A stretch of 64,000 nucleotides of DNA from IMG/VR virus record IMGVR_UViG_3300025723_000013. The stretch is one strand, 5' to 3'. This document shows positions 44,834 through 55,500 of the stretch, in pieces (positions within the stretch are counted from its first letter, which is position 1; every line of letters begins with the position of its first letter). The stretch is from a virus. Lineage: Duplodnaviria; Caudoviricetes. Both the position numbers and the translations under genes were made by a program. Below the pieces are notes generated by a model, which saw only the letters and a program-made list of their open reading frames with translations, was not told where the DNA came from and searched no databases.

Positions 44834-45755
44834 ATTTTTGAAGTCTGGCTAATTTTACGCAAACCGCAGCAAGATTGATTTCTGGATCAGCTATGATGGC
44901 GTGATCCACTAGTCCTTGTTTAATGATCAACAAAGCACTATCTTTGGTATCATCATCATCGCCGAACAAATCCAAATTATCATACATCCAGCGATATATA
45001 TCTTCAATTTCTTCCGGCCGTGCCTGACTACAGAGCAATATCCTTGCATTTAAGATATCACGCTTTTTAAACAATTCAACCATTTGTATTCGATAGTCGG
45101 ATCCACTGGCATCTGACATGACTGGAGGAACCAATTTTCCTTCAGATGTATTTTGTTGTACCGTGTTGATACACTTGCGTAAATCTGGATAAGTGACCTT
45201 GACGTAGGTGTCTAAATCATCAAGATCAAAATCAATGTTTTCTGATACCAAAATAGTGGCCACTCGGGCAGTGAACTCAATCTGATCTGTCTTGTCAACA
45301 TGAAAAGTTTGGCATCGACTGTGTATGGCCGGCATGATCCTGTTAGGAAGATTACAGGTCAAGATAAATCTCGCAGTTTCGTGATACTGTTCCATCACTC
45401 CTCTAAGTGCAGCCTGCGCGTTGTGTGTCAAGTAATCTGCTTCGTCAAGTAGCACAACCTTGAATGGTCCAAACGGAATCATGCTGACAAAATTTGTAAT
45501 AAGATCTCTAACTTCTTCCACTCCGTTGGTTCTACTGGCATTGATTTCCAACAAATCGTAGGGTTCAATTCCAATCTCGTTCAGCAACACTTTGGCCAGA
45601 GTGGTCTTGCCGATGCCAGGACTGCCACTCAGTAGCAAATGCGGAATGGATTTTTCATCAATCCATTGGGTAATTTGCCGACGTTGCTGCTCGTCACGGA
45701 ATACGTATCCGTCTATGCTGGCTGGTCGATAGGCCTCAACCCATAATTTCTTCAT
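44832..45755 (-). CDS. Clamp loader small subunit (RFC/gp44-like)
   Basis: LWVEAYRP, GSPGIGKT, LEINAS, LDEAD, AQAALR, ILTCN, SRC. Confidence 0.95.
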   Translation of the reverse strand: MKKLWVEAYRPASIDGYVFRDEQQRRQITQWIDEKSIPHLLLSGSPGIGKTTLAKVLLNEIGIEPYDLLEINASRTNGVEEVRDLITNFVSMIPFGPFKVVLLDEADYLTHNAQAALRGVMEQYHETARFILTCNLPNRIMPAIHSRCQTFHVDKTDQIEFTARVATILVSENIDFDLDDLDTYVKVTYPDLRKCINTVQQNTSEGKLVPPVMSDASGSDYRIQMVELFKKRDILNARILLCSQARPEEIEDIYRWMYDNLDLFGDDDDTKDSALLIIKQGLVDHAIIADPEINLAAVCVKLARLQK

Positions 45756-45793
45756 ATTTTAACCTTTTTTTTTTGATTTAACACTAGTACTAC

Positions 45794-45823
45794 ATTATAG
45801 CATTGATTCAAACATGCAGTCAA
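45794..45823 (-). promoter_or_regulatory. sigma70-type promoter of the clamp loader gene
   Basis: TTGACT (45823-45818), 18 nt, TATAAT (45799-45794). Confidence 0.7.
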
Positions 45824-45863
45824 TTTTGAATAGTTTACACAATCACCGTATAAATTACTTGAT

Positions 45864-46097
45864 TCAAGGTGGATCGTTTTTTAATATATTGATAATGCGC
45901 TGTTGTTCTTTGAACTTGAGCCACTCGTCCTCGTCCTCAAACTTGGGAATCTTTTTTAACTTATCTTCAATAAGCCACTTTAGAATGTACAAATCCTGTT
46001 TTGATCCCCATCCATAACACTGATTGTGTGTTTTTGCAGTTCTAGCTATATCCTCGATCGCGCTTATGATCGTTGAAATGTCTGGAATAGGATGCAT
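45864..46097 (-). CDS. Hypothetical phage protein
   Basis: 77-aa ORF in operon orientation. Confidence 0.55.
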   Translation of the reverse strand: MHPIPDISTIISAIEDIARTAKTHNQCYGWGSKQDLYILKWLIEDKLKKIPKFEDEDEWLKFKEQQRIINILKNDPP

Positions 46098-46106
46098 ACA
46101 GGATTG

Positions 46107-46475
46107 TTAGTTTTTTGACATATAAGGCTTGAGATCAGGAGGTGTCCATCCTAGGGGTTTTAATACTTTACCATCTTCACGCTTGCGCACCTTGCCAGTC
46201 TCGCGATCAATTTTGGCAAAATTGGTAGACATCACTTCCTTCCATGCGCCTTCGGCATCTGCTCCCATACTATGGATAGCACCGATTGTAACAACCAAGA
46301 TGTCGATCAATGCATCCAGCTGTTCCACATTATCTTTATTTTTTACCGCTGCTTGCAGTTCTTGTGTTTCTTCATTGATTAAATTTAAGTAAAGCTCATA
46401 TTGATCGGCATTTAATCGATCTACTGTTTGATCACATGATTTCATAAATTTAGATTGATCTCGAAAAGGATTCAT
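46107..46475 (-). CDS. MazG-like/all-alpha NTP pyrophosphohydrolase
   Basis: LINEE..EL, EQLDALIDI, EVMSTNFAKID, REDGKVLKP. Confidence 0.88.
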   Translation of the reverse strand: MNPFRDQSKFMKSCDQTVDRLNADQYELYLNLINEETQELQAAVKNKDNVEQLDALIDILVVTIGAIHSMGADAEGAWKEVMSTNFAKIDRETGKVRKREDGKVLKPLGWTPPDLKPYMSKN

Positions 46476-46858
46476 TAGGCACCTGGAATGTTAAAGTTGA
46501 AGTTTGAGCCGGGACCAACCGGAGTTGCTCTCATAGCACCGTCTGGTTTTTCATCGCTTACCAATAGAATAGCATCTTTGTCAGCGATTCGTATGGCAAG
46601 TTCTTGGCCATCGGGCGAAACATAATCAATACCACGACTCCAACGACCGTGTTCTAGTAAAATCCAGTCTCCTGGTTTGATATGTTTCTGATCTTTGCCT
46701 ACCGCGTATACCCGAGCCCATCTGGGATGTATTCCTTCGCTTTTACCATCGTCTGATCGCAATAGGATTCCGCCGGCAGTTTTTTCCATGCCAAATTCCA
46801 TATCACAAACAATAATTTTATCACCTAACGGATGAAATTCACCTGTTATTTTGTTCAT
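46475..46858 (-). CDS. groES: GroES-like co-chaperonin
   Basis: HPLGDKIIV, mobile loop KTAGGILL, VYAVG, KPGDWIL. Confidence 0.88.
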   Translation of the reverse strand: MNKITGEFHPLGDKIIVCDMEFGMEKTAGGILLRSDDGKSEGIHPRWARVYAVGKDQKHIKPGDWILLEHGRWSRGIDYVSPDGQELAIRIADKDAILLVSDEKPDGAMRATPVGPGSNFNFNIPGA

Positions 46859-47181
46859 GACTTTTTCTTAACCTCGATCCTGGAATCATGAGATACAGGT
46901 TCTGGCACTTTATTTGTCATAGAAGACACTGTATTTTCCACGGAGTCATTTACTGGAGTGGCAGTTTCAGTGTGCGCTGAGTAATTAGATGATTTAGCAG
47001 GACCTTGGTAATATTCCGCGGCTGTTTCTTCTCTTTTCTTGGCTATTTTACCGCCCGGTCCTAATAAATCCCCGCGAGCATTCATTTTAACATTTCCTAC
47101 GGCTAAAACTAACTCGTTTTTAGTTTTTAAAGCCTCCATATCAATAGTTTTTCCTCGAGCGGTCTCATACTGTTTCTTCAT
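46855..47181 (-). CDS. Hypothetical phage protein
   Basis: 108 aa; AVGNVKMNARGD motif; SD AGGAG. Confidence 0.7.
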   Translation of the reverse strand: MKKQYETARGKTIDMEALKTKNELVLAVGNVKMNARGDLLGPGGKIAKKREETAAEYYQGPAKSSNYSAHTETATPVNDSVENTVSSMTNKVPEPVSHDSRIEVKKKS

Positions 47182-47711
47182 TGTTTTTCTCCTTTAAGGA
47201 ATTCTCGTATATCTAACGAAAATTTTATTGAATTGATTTTGTGTACTCCGATTAGATACAAACAATAGCTGGCAACTGAACTACCTCGGCCTAATCCCCA
47301 AACTATGTTATTTGATCTCATAAAATCTACCAAGTATTTAAGGCAAACCAAAATGTTGATCATTTCATATTGAACAAACAATTGTAATTCGTCTAGAACT
47401 CTGTCGGTCTCGATTTGTGTTCGACACTGTGATAATAACCAACTGGAAATGTCAAAATCTTTATATGTGTCAGGAATGTACCATTCTGCTTGATTGTGTT
47501 TATCAAATTGTTGTATGCTGCAATCGGGCTCCGCATATAAAGACAACTTGTCTATATTGTCAGCATTGGATTCCACATGTTGATTAAATTGGGAAACTAG
47601 CGTTTGATCTGTTACATTTATATTTTTGAAAGATGTTATCTTTCCGGCATACAGTGCTTCAAAAATATCTTTACTGTCTAGTACAGTTTCACCAAATTTG
47701 TTTACTATCAT
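47178..47711 (-). CDS. Stand-alone fragment homologous to DNA polymerase III alpha (DnaE) palm-proximal region
   Basis: RVLDEL..YLVDFMRSNNIVWGLGRGSSVASYCLYLIGVHKINSIKF matches the DnaE 'E.L..I....Y...V.D....A....I..G.GRGS..GS.V.Y.LGIT..DP' segment. Likely start ATG 47711. Confidence 0.8.
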   Translation of the reverse strand: MIVNKFGETVLDSKDIFEALYAGKITSFKNINVTDQTLVSQFNQHVESNADNIDKLSLYAEPDCSIQQFDKHNQAEWYIPDTYKDFDISSWLLSQCRTQIETDRVLDELQLFVQYEMINILVCLKYLVDFMRSNNIVWGLGRGSSVASYCLYLIGVHKINSIKFSLDIREFLKGEKQ

Positions 47712-48255
47712 CTCGCCCACCTTTTAGCAGTTTAGGGGAGAATTTGTTTGCACCGGGTATGTTGAGATCCTCCCAACTGGGAAAATAGTCGCAATCATTG
47801 GTTCGCACATTGTCTTGATTCCACCATTTCGAAGAATCTGAAATTTCTGTTTGTGTTTCATTTATCTTATATAATAAACGATCGCCCAGTGTACTGTCAA
47901 TAGTCAGCTGGTATATTGAAAAATAGTTTGACGAAATTGAATTGAGTTTTTGAAATAGAATTGATCCAAACAGATAATCATTGGGTTCTTCTGGAATCTG
48001 TATGGTGTTGGTTTTGAGTTTGATCAATTGCGTAAGGAATTTGTGATTTTGATTAAGTATGATGGAATTTTGTATAAATCTATTTACAAATTCTTTTATT
48101 TTCTTTAGTCCGACCGAGGTTAACCCATTTTCAAACTTGTTTGGCATCATGCTAATGGTCAAATGATAGTCATTGGGTAAGATTGTGTCATCAATCAACA
48201 GCACGCATGTGAAATTGGTTGGCCATGTGAAATGATCCGTGGTATCAATTGACAT
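47689..48255 (-). CDS. Hypothetical phage protein (possible degenerate T-fold)
   Basis: 188 aa, overlaps both neighbours. Confidence 0.65.
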   Translation of the reverse strand: MSIDTTDHFTWPTNFTCVLLIDDTILPNDYHLTISMMPNKFENGLTSVGLKKIKEFVNRFIQNSIILNQNHKFLTQLIKLKTNTIQIPEEPNDYLFGSILFQKLNSISSNYFSIYQLTIDSTLGDRLLYKINETQTEISDSSKWWNQDNVRTNDCDYFPSWEDLNIPGANKFSPKLLKGGRDDSKQIW

Positions 48256-48490
48256 TTATTAAATCATCTAAATCTTTATCTTGATCTCTTACAGTGACTT
48301 TCTTGGATTTTTCATGGGATCTTCGGCGCTGTTCGTCTTTGTATTGCTCCAAAGTCATGGCTATTTGGCTGCATAATCCTCCGTTACCGGAACGCGCTGC
48401 CATAAAATATTTGTTTGACAGTTCATTGATTTTGGCCTCAATGTCAGCATCTTTGACTTCATTTAGACTGGGTAATAATGGATGGAACAT
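48245..48490 (-). CDS. Hypothetical small helical protein
   Basis: 81 aa in the operon. Confidence 0.65.
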   Translation of the reverse strand: MFHPLLPSLNEVKDADIEAKINELSNKYFMAARSGNGGLCSQIAMTLEQYKDEQRRRSHEKSKKVTVRDQDKDLDDLINVN

Positions 48491-48493
48491 GTT

Positions 48494-49531
48494 TTATACC
48501 AAACTGTAGCTAATGACAGCCCCGCCGTATAGTCCAGAGGTACCGGTAAATGCTCCTCTCTGATTTATGGACGGGTACAATCTAATATTGCCTGCGGTTG
48601 CACCTGCGCTATTGCTCGGCCCGTACACAAACATTTCGCCCAAGACCACGGTTCCACTGTTGAGGCAAGTGACCACAGCACTTTCTGTAGCACCAAATCC
48701 TCCTACCAATGTGGCCGCGGGCCAAAGATAGCTAGGAAGACCGGTATATTCAATATAATTGTTGGTATCGGTAGTATCCCAGGTTCCGTACAAGGCTTTG
48801 AAATCGATGGTTACAATATTATTTACCACGGACCATACTATGCCCCCTGAACCAGAGATAATTCCAGTTAAGCCAGAAACCACAGTGAGTCCATTAACTC
48901 CCAAGTTGATTCCTGAAGATACCGAAGTATTGGCCACATTGACTGAGCCATAATTTAGGCCCACTGTGGAAACAAATACATTGGCTCCACCGTCGGAACT
49001 GAACAAATCCCATGCGATAGTGGCAGTGGAAGTGCTGCTGTAGGAAATTGGTGAAATGTCATTTCGTATGGTTCCGGGAGGAGAGCTTTGGCTTGCATCA
49101 AATGATATCATGGTACCTGTATTTTTGGGTGAAACCAAAATCCTCAAGGCACCGTAATTGCCTGCAGGAGGCCAATTGGAAACCGACAGCAATGTATCTT
49201 TGCTTACTGATAATTGTTGTAATGATCCTGCAGTGTAGTCAACAACGGTTACTCCGTTGTTGGTAGATGTGGATGCACTGTTGTTTGCCACCAATGCACT
49301 GTTCTGCAGTACAACTCCGTTAAGGGTGACGTTAAAGTTATAGTTGGGATTGGGATTGTTAATGGGATCTATACTGTATAACTGTAGGTTTGAAATTTCA
49401 TTGGCAGCAACACCAAATGCATTTTGTATGCTGGCAGAGTTGGTCCTAAAAGTTTTACTGTCATTGTCAGCACCTGCTACTGGAAATGCTGTATTAATTT
49501 GATTGCTGTAATTGGTTATTGTGCTGGCCAT
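48494..49531 (-). CDS. Virion tail-associated protein
   Basis: N-terminal 'NTAFPVAGADNDS..FR.N...I..A..EIS.LQ' coiled segment, beta-rich body; TATAAATA 19 nt upstream. Confidence 0.6.
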   Translation of the reverse strand: MASTITNYSNQINTAFPVAGADNDSKTFRTNSASIQNAFGVAANEISNLQLYSIDPINNPNPNYNFNVTLNGVVLQNSALVANNSASTSTNNGVTVVDYTAGSLQQLSVSKDTLLSVSNWPPAGNYGALRILVSPKNTGTMISFDASQSSPPGTIRNDISPISYSSTSTATIAWDLFSSDGGANVFVSTVGLNYGSVNVANTSVSSGINLGVNGLTVVSGLTGIISGSGGIVWSVVNNIVTIDFKALYGTWDTTDTNNYIEYTGLPSYLWPAATLVGGFGATESAVVTCLNSGTVVLGEMFVYGPSNSAGATAGNIRLYPSINQRGAFTGTSGLYGGAVISYSLV

Positions 49532-49550
49532 GCTGGTTCTCTCTTTTTCT

Positions 49551-49558
49551 TATTTATA
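49551..49558 (-). promoter_or_regulatory. T4-type late promoter TATAAATA
   Basis: Exact consensus upstream of 49531. Confidence 0.7.
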
Positions 49559-49575
49559 ATTAATATATGCGTACA

Positions 49576-52500
49576 TTAATTTATTGTAAAGGTTGAGGTA
49601 GTTGACGGGTACACTGCTCCTGGGCTGGTCAATGTAATGGCCGCAGTGCCTGCTGATGCCAAATATGTTGATGGTATCACCGCGGTCACCTGTGTAGAAC
49701 TGTTATAGGTGGTAGATAGTGCAACGCCGTTCCAGTTTACAGTTGTGCCAGGTGGACCAGACACGAAAAATTTGCCAGTCACTGTGAGAGTGATATTGGT
49801 ACTTCCATGTGCTATATTAGTCGGTGATATGCCAAGCAGTTGCGGCGTTGGTACAGTAGCGGTTGTGTGATTGGTTAACCAGTTGTACACTGCAACGCCT
49901 GCTCCCTGTCCAGGAATATAGTTGCCCGATGCATCATACTGAGTTAGGCCAAAATTTACATTGTAGGCTGGGTTTTGTGGACTTGTCCAATTCCATGCAA
50001 CATATGAAGCATTGTTTTGATCCGCCCATTTGGTCATAAAATCTATATGAGGTTCGCCCTGCGTGGCTTGTGGACCAATAAGTCCTCCATCCTCAGTCAT
50101 GATCACAGGAATGTTGGCTGCTTGTAGTTGTTTGTACCAATAATCAAAATTACTAGTTCCTTGATACGCATCGCCGCCGGTTTTCCCATATATCCAAGAA
50201 GGATCGGCTGTATATGGATAACTCTGAGTTGGAAACCCACCACCGGGATAAGCATGCCATCCATGTGCCAATTGCGGATTAGATGCCACCTGTAAATTGC
50301 CTCCAACTAATATCTTATCGGTTGGGAACCATCCTTTGTAATTTTGAGCTTGTTGGGTAAATGTTGGTCCGTTTATAACACACACATTTTGAGCGCCCGT
50401 GGTTCGAATAGCATCAATAACTTGTTGATATCCTAAAACATTTATTGGAGCTTGAGAAACAACAGTTGCGGCAGTGTCAATGTCATATCCCCATTGGGTA
50501 TTCGCTGGCCAGCTGCCACCGTTAAGCATTAGATTTCTAACAAAAGGTTGATTACTAGAATTGCTATCCAAATATGGTTCATTGAATATTTCAAATATGA
50601 TTCCGTCGTTTTGAATTCCCGGAGCCACAGGAGGAGCCTGTGTGCCAAACGTGTTTGCTATGGATTTCCAAAAATCAAGATCCGTGTCAGCGTTCATGAA
50701 AGCCGATTGACCTATCGGGGTCGCCAACCGTCTCGATGGAGTTCCGGTCACTGGATCAGTCAATGTCAAATATGGAGCGCTCCAATGAATCTCTAGGATC
50801 ACTCGGCATCCCAAGGCCTGTGCTGCTTGAACAGCAGCAATAGTTGCTGCACGAGTAGATCCGTAAAGATCTGCGTTCCTAGAAGGTGCATTTGCCCATT
50901 GTGTAAAGAAGCCTTGACTGTTCCTAACTGTGGTATCAACATCCCAACATGTTATGCCCAACCAGGAACCTGCGTTCATAGGAATTCTCACTATGCTGCA
51001 TTTCCATTTGGCCAATACTGCGTATCGAGGAACAATGCCCTCCCATATGATTTCATTATTATTTCGAACTGCGTACTGTAATCCGCCCAAATTTACTCCG
51101 CGTAACTGTAGATAGTTATTGTTTGCGTCAACAAATATGCCACCGCTGCTGGCCACTTTTACAGTCAATGATGCTGTTGTTACTGGCTGAGCAACAAAAG
51201 TTTGTATAGGATAAATTTGAGGAATTTGTCCAATGCCATAAGCCCCAACTTGAATATCGACCGAGATAGGCGCGGCATTGGGTACCGAAAGCAAGTGGGC
51301 AGGTATTATTGCTTGTATTTGAGTAGGACTAATTTGCGTGCTAGATAAACTATGGGATTGATCTAGGGTATCGCCCGACCCATTCCAGGTTACACCTCTA
51401 TATGATGGAAATACTGTACCAGGTATGGATTGCAGTGTAACAGTGATGTCCGGAGATCCTACCGCTGCGCTGAGGCGTGACAGATAGTAACTGGAATAAA
51501 CGTTGCCGCTAACTGTAAATGTCAAGGGCAAAGACACTGTAGTGGCGCCCGGGGTAGATACAGTAACAGGAAAACTGCCAGGATTTATCAAATTGGTAGC
51601 AGTTACCGTCGCAGTTAGCCCAGTTGAACTTCCAAAGAATGTGGGCAATGCCACTCCATTCCAATTAATTACCGAATTTGAAGTGAAATTAGTTCCTGTT
51701 ACAGTCAGCGTTATAGAGCTTAAAGTGCTAGCAGTCTGAGTAGGCGACATGCTGAGCAATCTTGGGGTGGGCGCTGTGGGGTTGACGTGATTTTTCGTCC
51801 AATTGTAGACAGCTACTCCTGCTCCTTGGATAGGAACAACAGACGGAGGTGATGTGTTAGCAGCAGTTGCGTACTGTGTTAGATAATATTGGCAACTGGC
51901 AATATTGTAATTTTGATTTGCGGTATATTGCGAGGCAATATAAGATACATTATTTTGATCTGACCAGTTTTCCATAAATGTAATATGAGGTTCACCTTGT
52001 GAAGCACTGGTTCCACCTAAGCCTCCGTCCTCGGTAATAAGTACGGGAATTCCTGCATTTAAAATCTGTTGATACCAATGATCCCATCCCTGGCTGGTAT
52101 CATCTGTTCCTGTCTTTCCGTATATGCTACCTGTTATTGTATAAGGGTAGGCCGATTGTGGATTTCCTACTGGATACGCATGCCATCCATGGGCTAGTTG
52201 AGAACCGGAAGTGCCTGTTGATAATGAATCAGTAGGGAACCAGCTTGTGTAATTTTGTGCTGATTGTGTGCGGTAAGCTCCATTAATTATGCATACATTG
52301 TTGGCTCCATTGGCTCGAATGGCATTCACTACCTGTGTGTATCCTAAAATACCAATTGAAGTTGATGAGATTATTGAAATTCCATTATCGACGTCTACAC
52401 CAAATGGTAGATTCGGTGGGAATGATCCACCTTGCAACATCAATGAATATGCTGTGGCTGTGCTAACAGAACCATTGATATCAAGATATGGTTCATTGAA

Positions 52501-55500
52501 AATTTCAAATAGCACTGCTGCATTTGTAATACCAGGATACGGAGAAGGATTGTTTGTTCCAAAAGTTTGCGCCATGGATATCCAAAAGGATAGATCTGTA
52601 TTGGTATTCATAAATTCGGATTTACCAGTAGGAGTGAGTAAATGAGTCACTCCTCCTAATGTAATACTAGGAGCACTGCAATGCAAATCAAGTATTACAT
52701 AGCATCCTACAGCCTGCGCCGCTGCGATGGCTGTGTATACTGTTTGTTTATAATTTCCCCAGTAATCGCAGTTAAATGAATTAGCCCATGCTCCGTTGTT
52801 TTGATTGTAAGTTGTTAATCCCAACCACGCTGCGGCGTTGAGAGAGATTCTTGCAACGTTGGGTTTCCAGGTTTGGAATACGGACCAATCTGGTATTTGC
52901 CCGCCCCATTGTGATACGTAATTTGCAGTTGCAGTTGTTAACGCAGATACAGGCGCAAATGCCAAACTGGAAAAGTTAGCGCCGCGTAGCTGTACAAAAT
53001 TTCCATTTTGATCAACTAGAGTATTACCGGAAACCTTTGTACTTATTCCGTTTATGTATAAAGGCACTGCTGAACTTATGCCACCCCCCAATCCGGGACT
53101 CAGCACAGTAATGTTCAACACAGTGGCCGAGGACAAACTACTGGTAGGCAGTGCGAAAGTTAACTTATTTGTACTTGCGAAGTTAGTAGTTACTGGAACT
53201 CCGTTAATGCGGACTACAGAATTGGAAACAAAATTAGAGCCATTCACTGTCACTGTAGCAGTTGTACTACCTTGCAGCGCATTTGAAGGAGATAGATTAT
53301 TAATAACCGGAGATGCAACACTGGTCATTTGGAAAGGACCCAGTATGGCCGAATCTCCTTGTCTGCTCCACGGTGGTAATCTATAGTGTAGATATACAGC
53401 GCGGCCATCTTCAAACCTTCCACCGTTAACCTGTATGGTTATACTGGTACTGGTCCAGTTAATCCACGGCTGTATCTCGCGTATGGTGCTGTTTGACCAT
53501 GATGTGTTATCTGTTAAGTAGATGTCACCGTCGCCGACGTCTACAAAGCAATTGGCAAAATAGCGCCATGAGTTGCTGTTGAGAGGAGTACGATTGTATC
53601 CCCCCAACATCACCGCAGTGGACTGCGTATTGAGATTGGTTGCAGAAGTAATCACAGGCAAATAATTTGTCAACGAGTCGCCGTCGTAGGCCACTATGGT
53701 TCCACCGGCTCCTGTAAATTTAATATAAACTGTTTTCTGAGACCAACCAGATAATGTAGTACTCTGAGAAGGTATTGGAGTACCATAAGCACTGCCAGGC
53801 AGTGTTAAACTTGGATTGGGATAACTCTCGTCATTCACTGTCCATGATGTTGTGGTACTGTATTGTCCGTTAAATGGCGTTGCATATGCAAAATAAAAAC
53901 CAGTTCCCCCTTGGTTATTATAAAAGGAATTATTATAAACACCAAAATATTTGTAATTGTTATCGCTGGTTAAAATACCAACAGTGCCTGCGCTGCTGGA
54001 CGAAGCAGTAGAACTCACGGTAACTGTGCCTGCAGCCTGATTTATGTTGGTTATATAGGTATTTTGTGGGAAATACCCGTTGGAATTAGATATATAAAGT
54101 CCCGGATTAGCAAAAATAAATTGACTACAATTAGTGATAGTACTGCTATTATAGGTGATTTGTCCGCCAAATGTGGCTTGATAGAGCACAGCATTTGTTC
54201 CGTTGTTCAGTGCTTTGTTACTCAAAGTAAGTGTAGCAGTTGATCCGGATATGGCTATATTGGTAATGGTGGTACCTGATGGGAATAGGTTGCTTACAAT
54301 GTAAGATCCTGTGGTGTATCCGGAAGGAAGTGCACTGCTTGATACAAAGTTTACTGTGCTGGTGTTAGCAAAAACCAGTCCAACATACGACCCATTACTG
54401 ATGCCGCTGGATGAAGACCAATATGGATCTGCTCTTTCCCACCAAGTGGCCATCAAGGTGTGTGGAACTCCTAGATAGGGATATTTCACTGACAATAATT
54501 GATCATAGCCTCTATTGCCAGATCCAATACCCAATCCACCTATAATATTTTGGACTCTGTTATTTGGCCCATAAATTGTTGTTGGCGTGTCCACTGTCCC
54601 TGCAGGATAGTTGATTGATGGACGCACAAATGGCACGGCTCTGTAAGCCATGGCAGCTGATGTATTTGCTGCAATAACAGGATCTGATAGGTCTGGAAGA
54701 GCAGCATCTGTCCAAGTAGCAGTCAACACGCTGTTGATAGACCCATTATCCCATGCCACTGGCGACGATAACAGTTTGTTGGTAAACGTCATTCCTGTGG
54801 CTGTGCTGGTTATAACAAAAGTCTGATTGTGTGCCAATAGCGTCATAGACGCAGTCGACAATATGTTTACAGGAGTTGAATAAATTACACGTTCATTTTG
54901 ATCGTACACATACAGTGTTCGATTGGTTCCGGTACTTAGTTGCCCTTGATTGAACACGTATGAAATAGCAGTTCCGGACCAAGATACCAGGCACTGCGGC
55001 TCTGAATAGGTGCCGTCGCTGATTTCAACCCTAGCAGCGGTAAAGTCATAATAGATGTCGGCAAAGTTTGCGGTATAGGGATTGGTAAAGTAAACTTGGT
55101 TTTGACCATTCACGTTGAATAATTTTCCAAGGTAAGCCGAACTGTCCATTTCGCTGCCTAGGGTCATGCCTGCATTATTTTGATTTCCACTGGCGTCAGT
55201 ATAAGGAGCGTTCCACACGGGATTGATATCAAGCAGTCCGGCTGGATCTATAGCAGGAAGCACACTAAGGGGAGGTTTAATTGTGCTGTTGCCAAAATAC
55301 AGTGTTCCTGCTCCGGTAGCAGCATTGCCATTCACTCGGCTGAGCACAGTGCCAGTACTGCCCACTCGCCACTTTACTGCGTGTTCCCAACGATTCCACT
55401 GTGTAACATCGGGCACTTGATTAGAGGTTGATGTGCTCAGTGACCCGCTCACATTGCTGGCATTGTTATAACCCGGCCAATTTAAATTGGTCGCGCCAGT

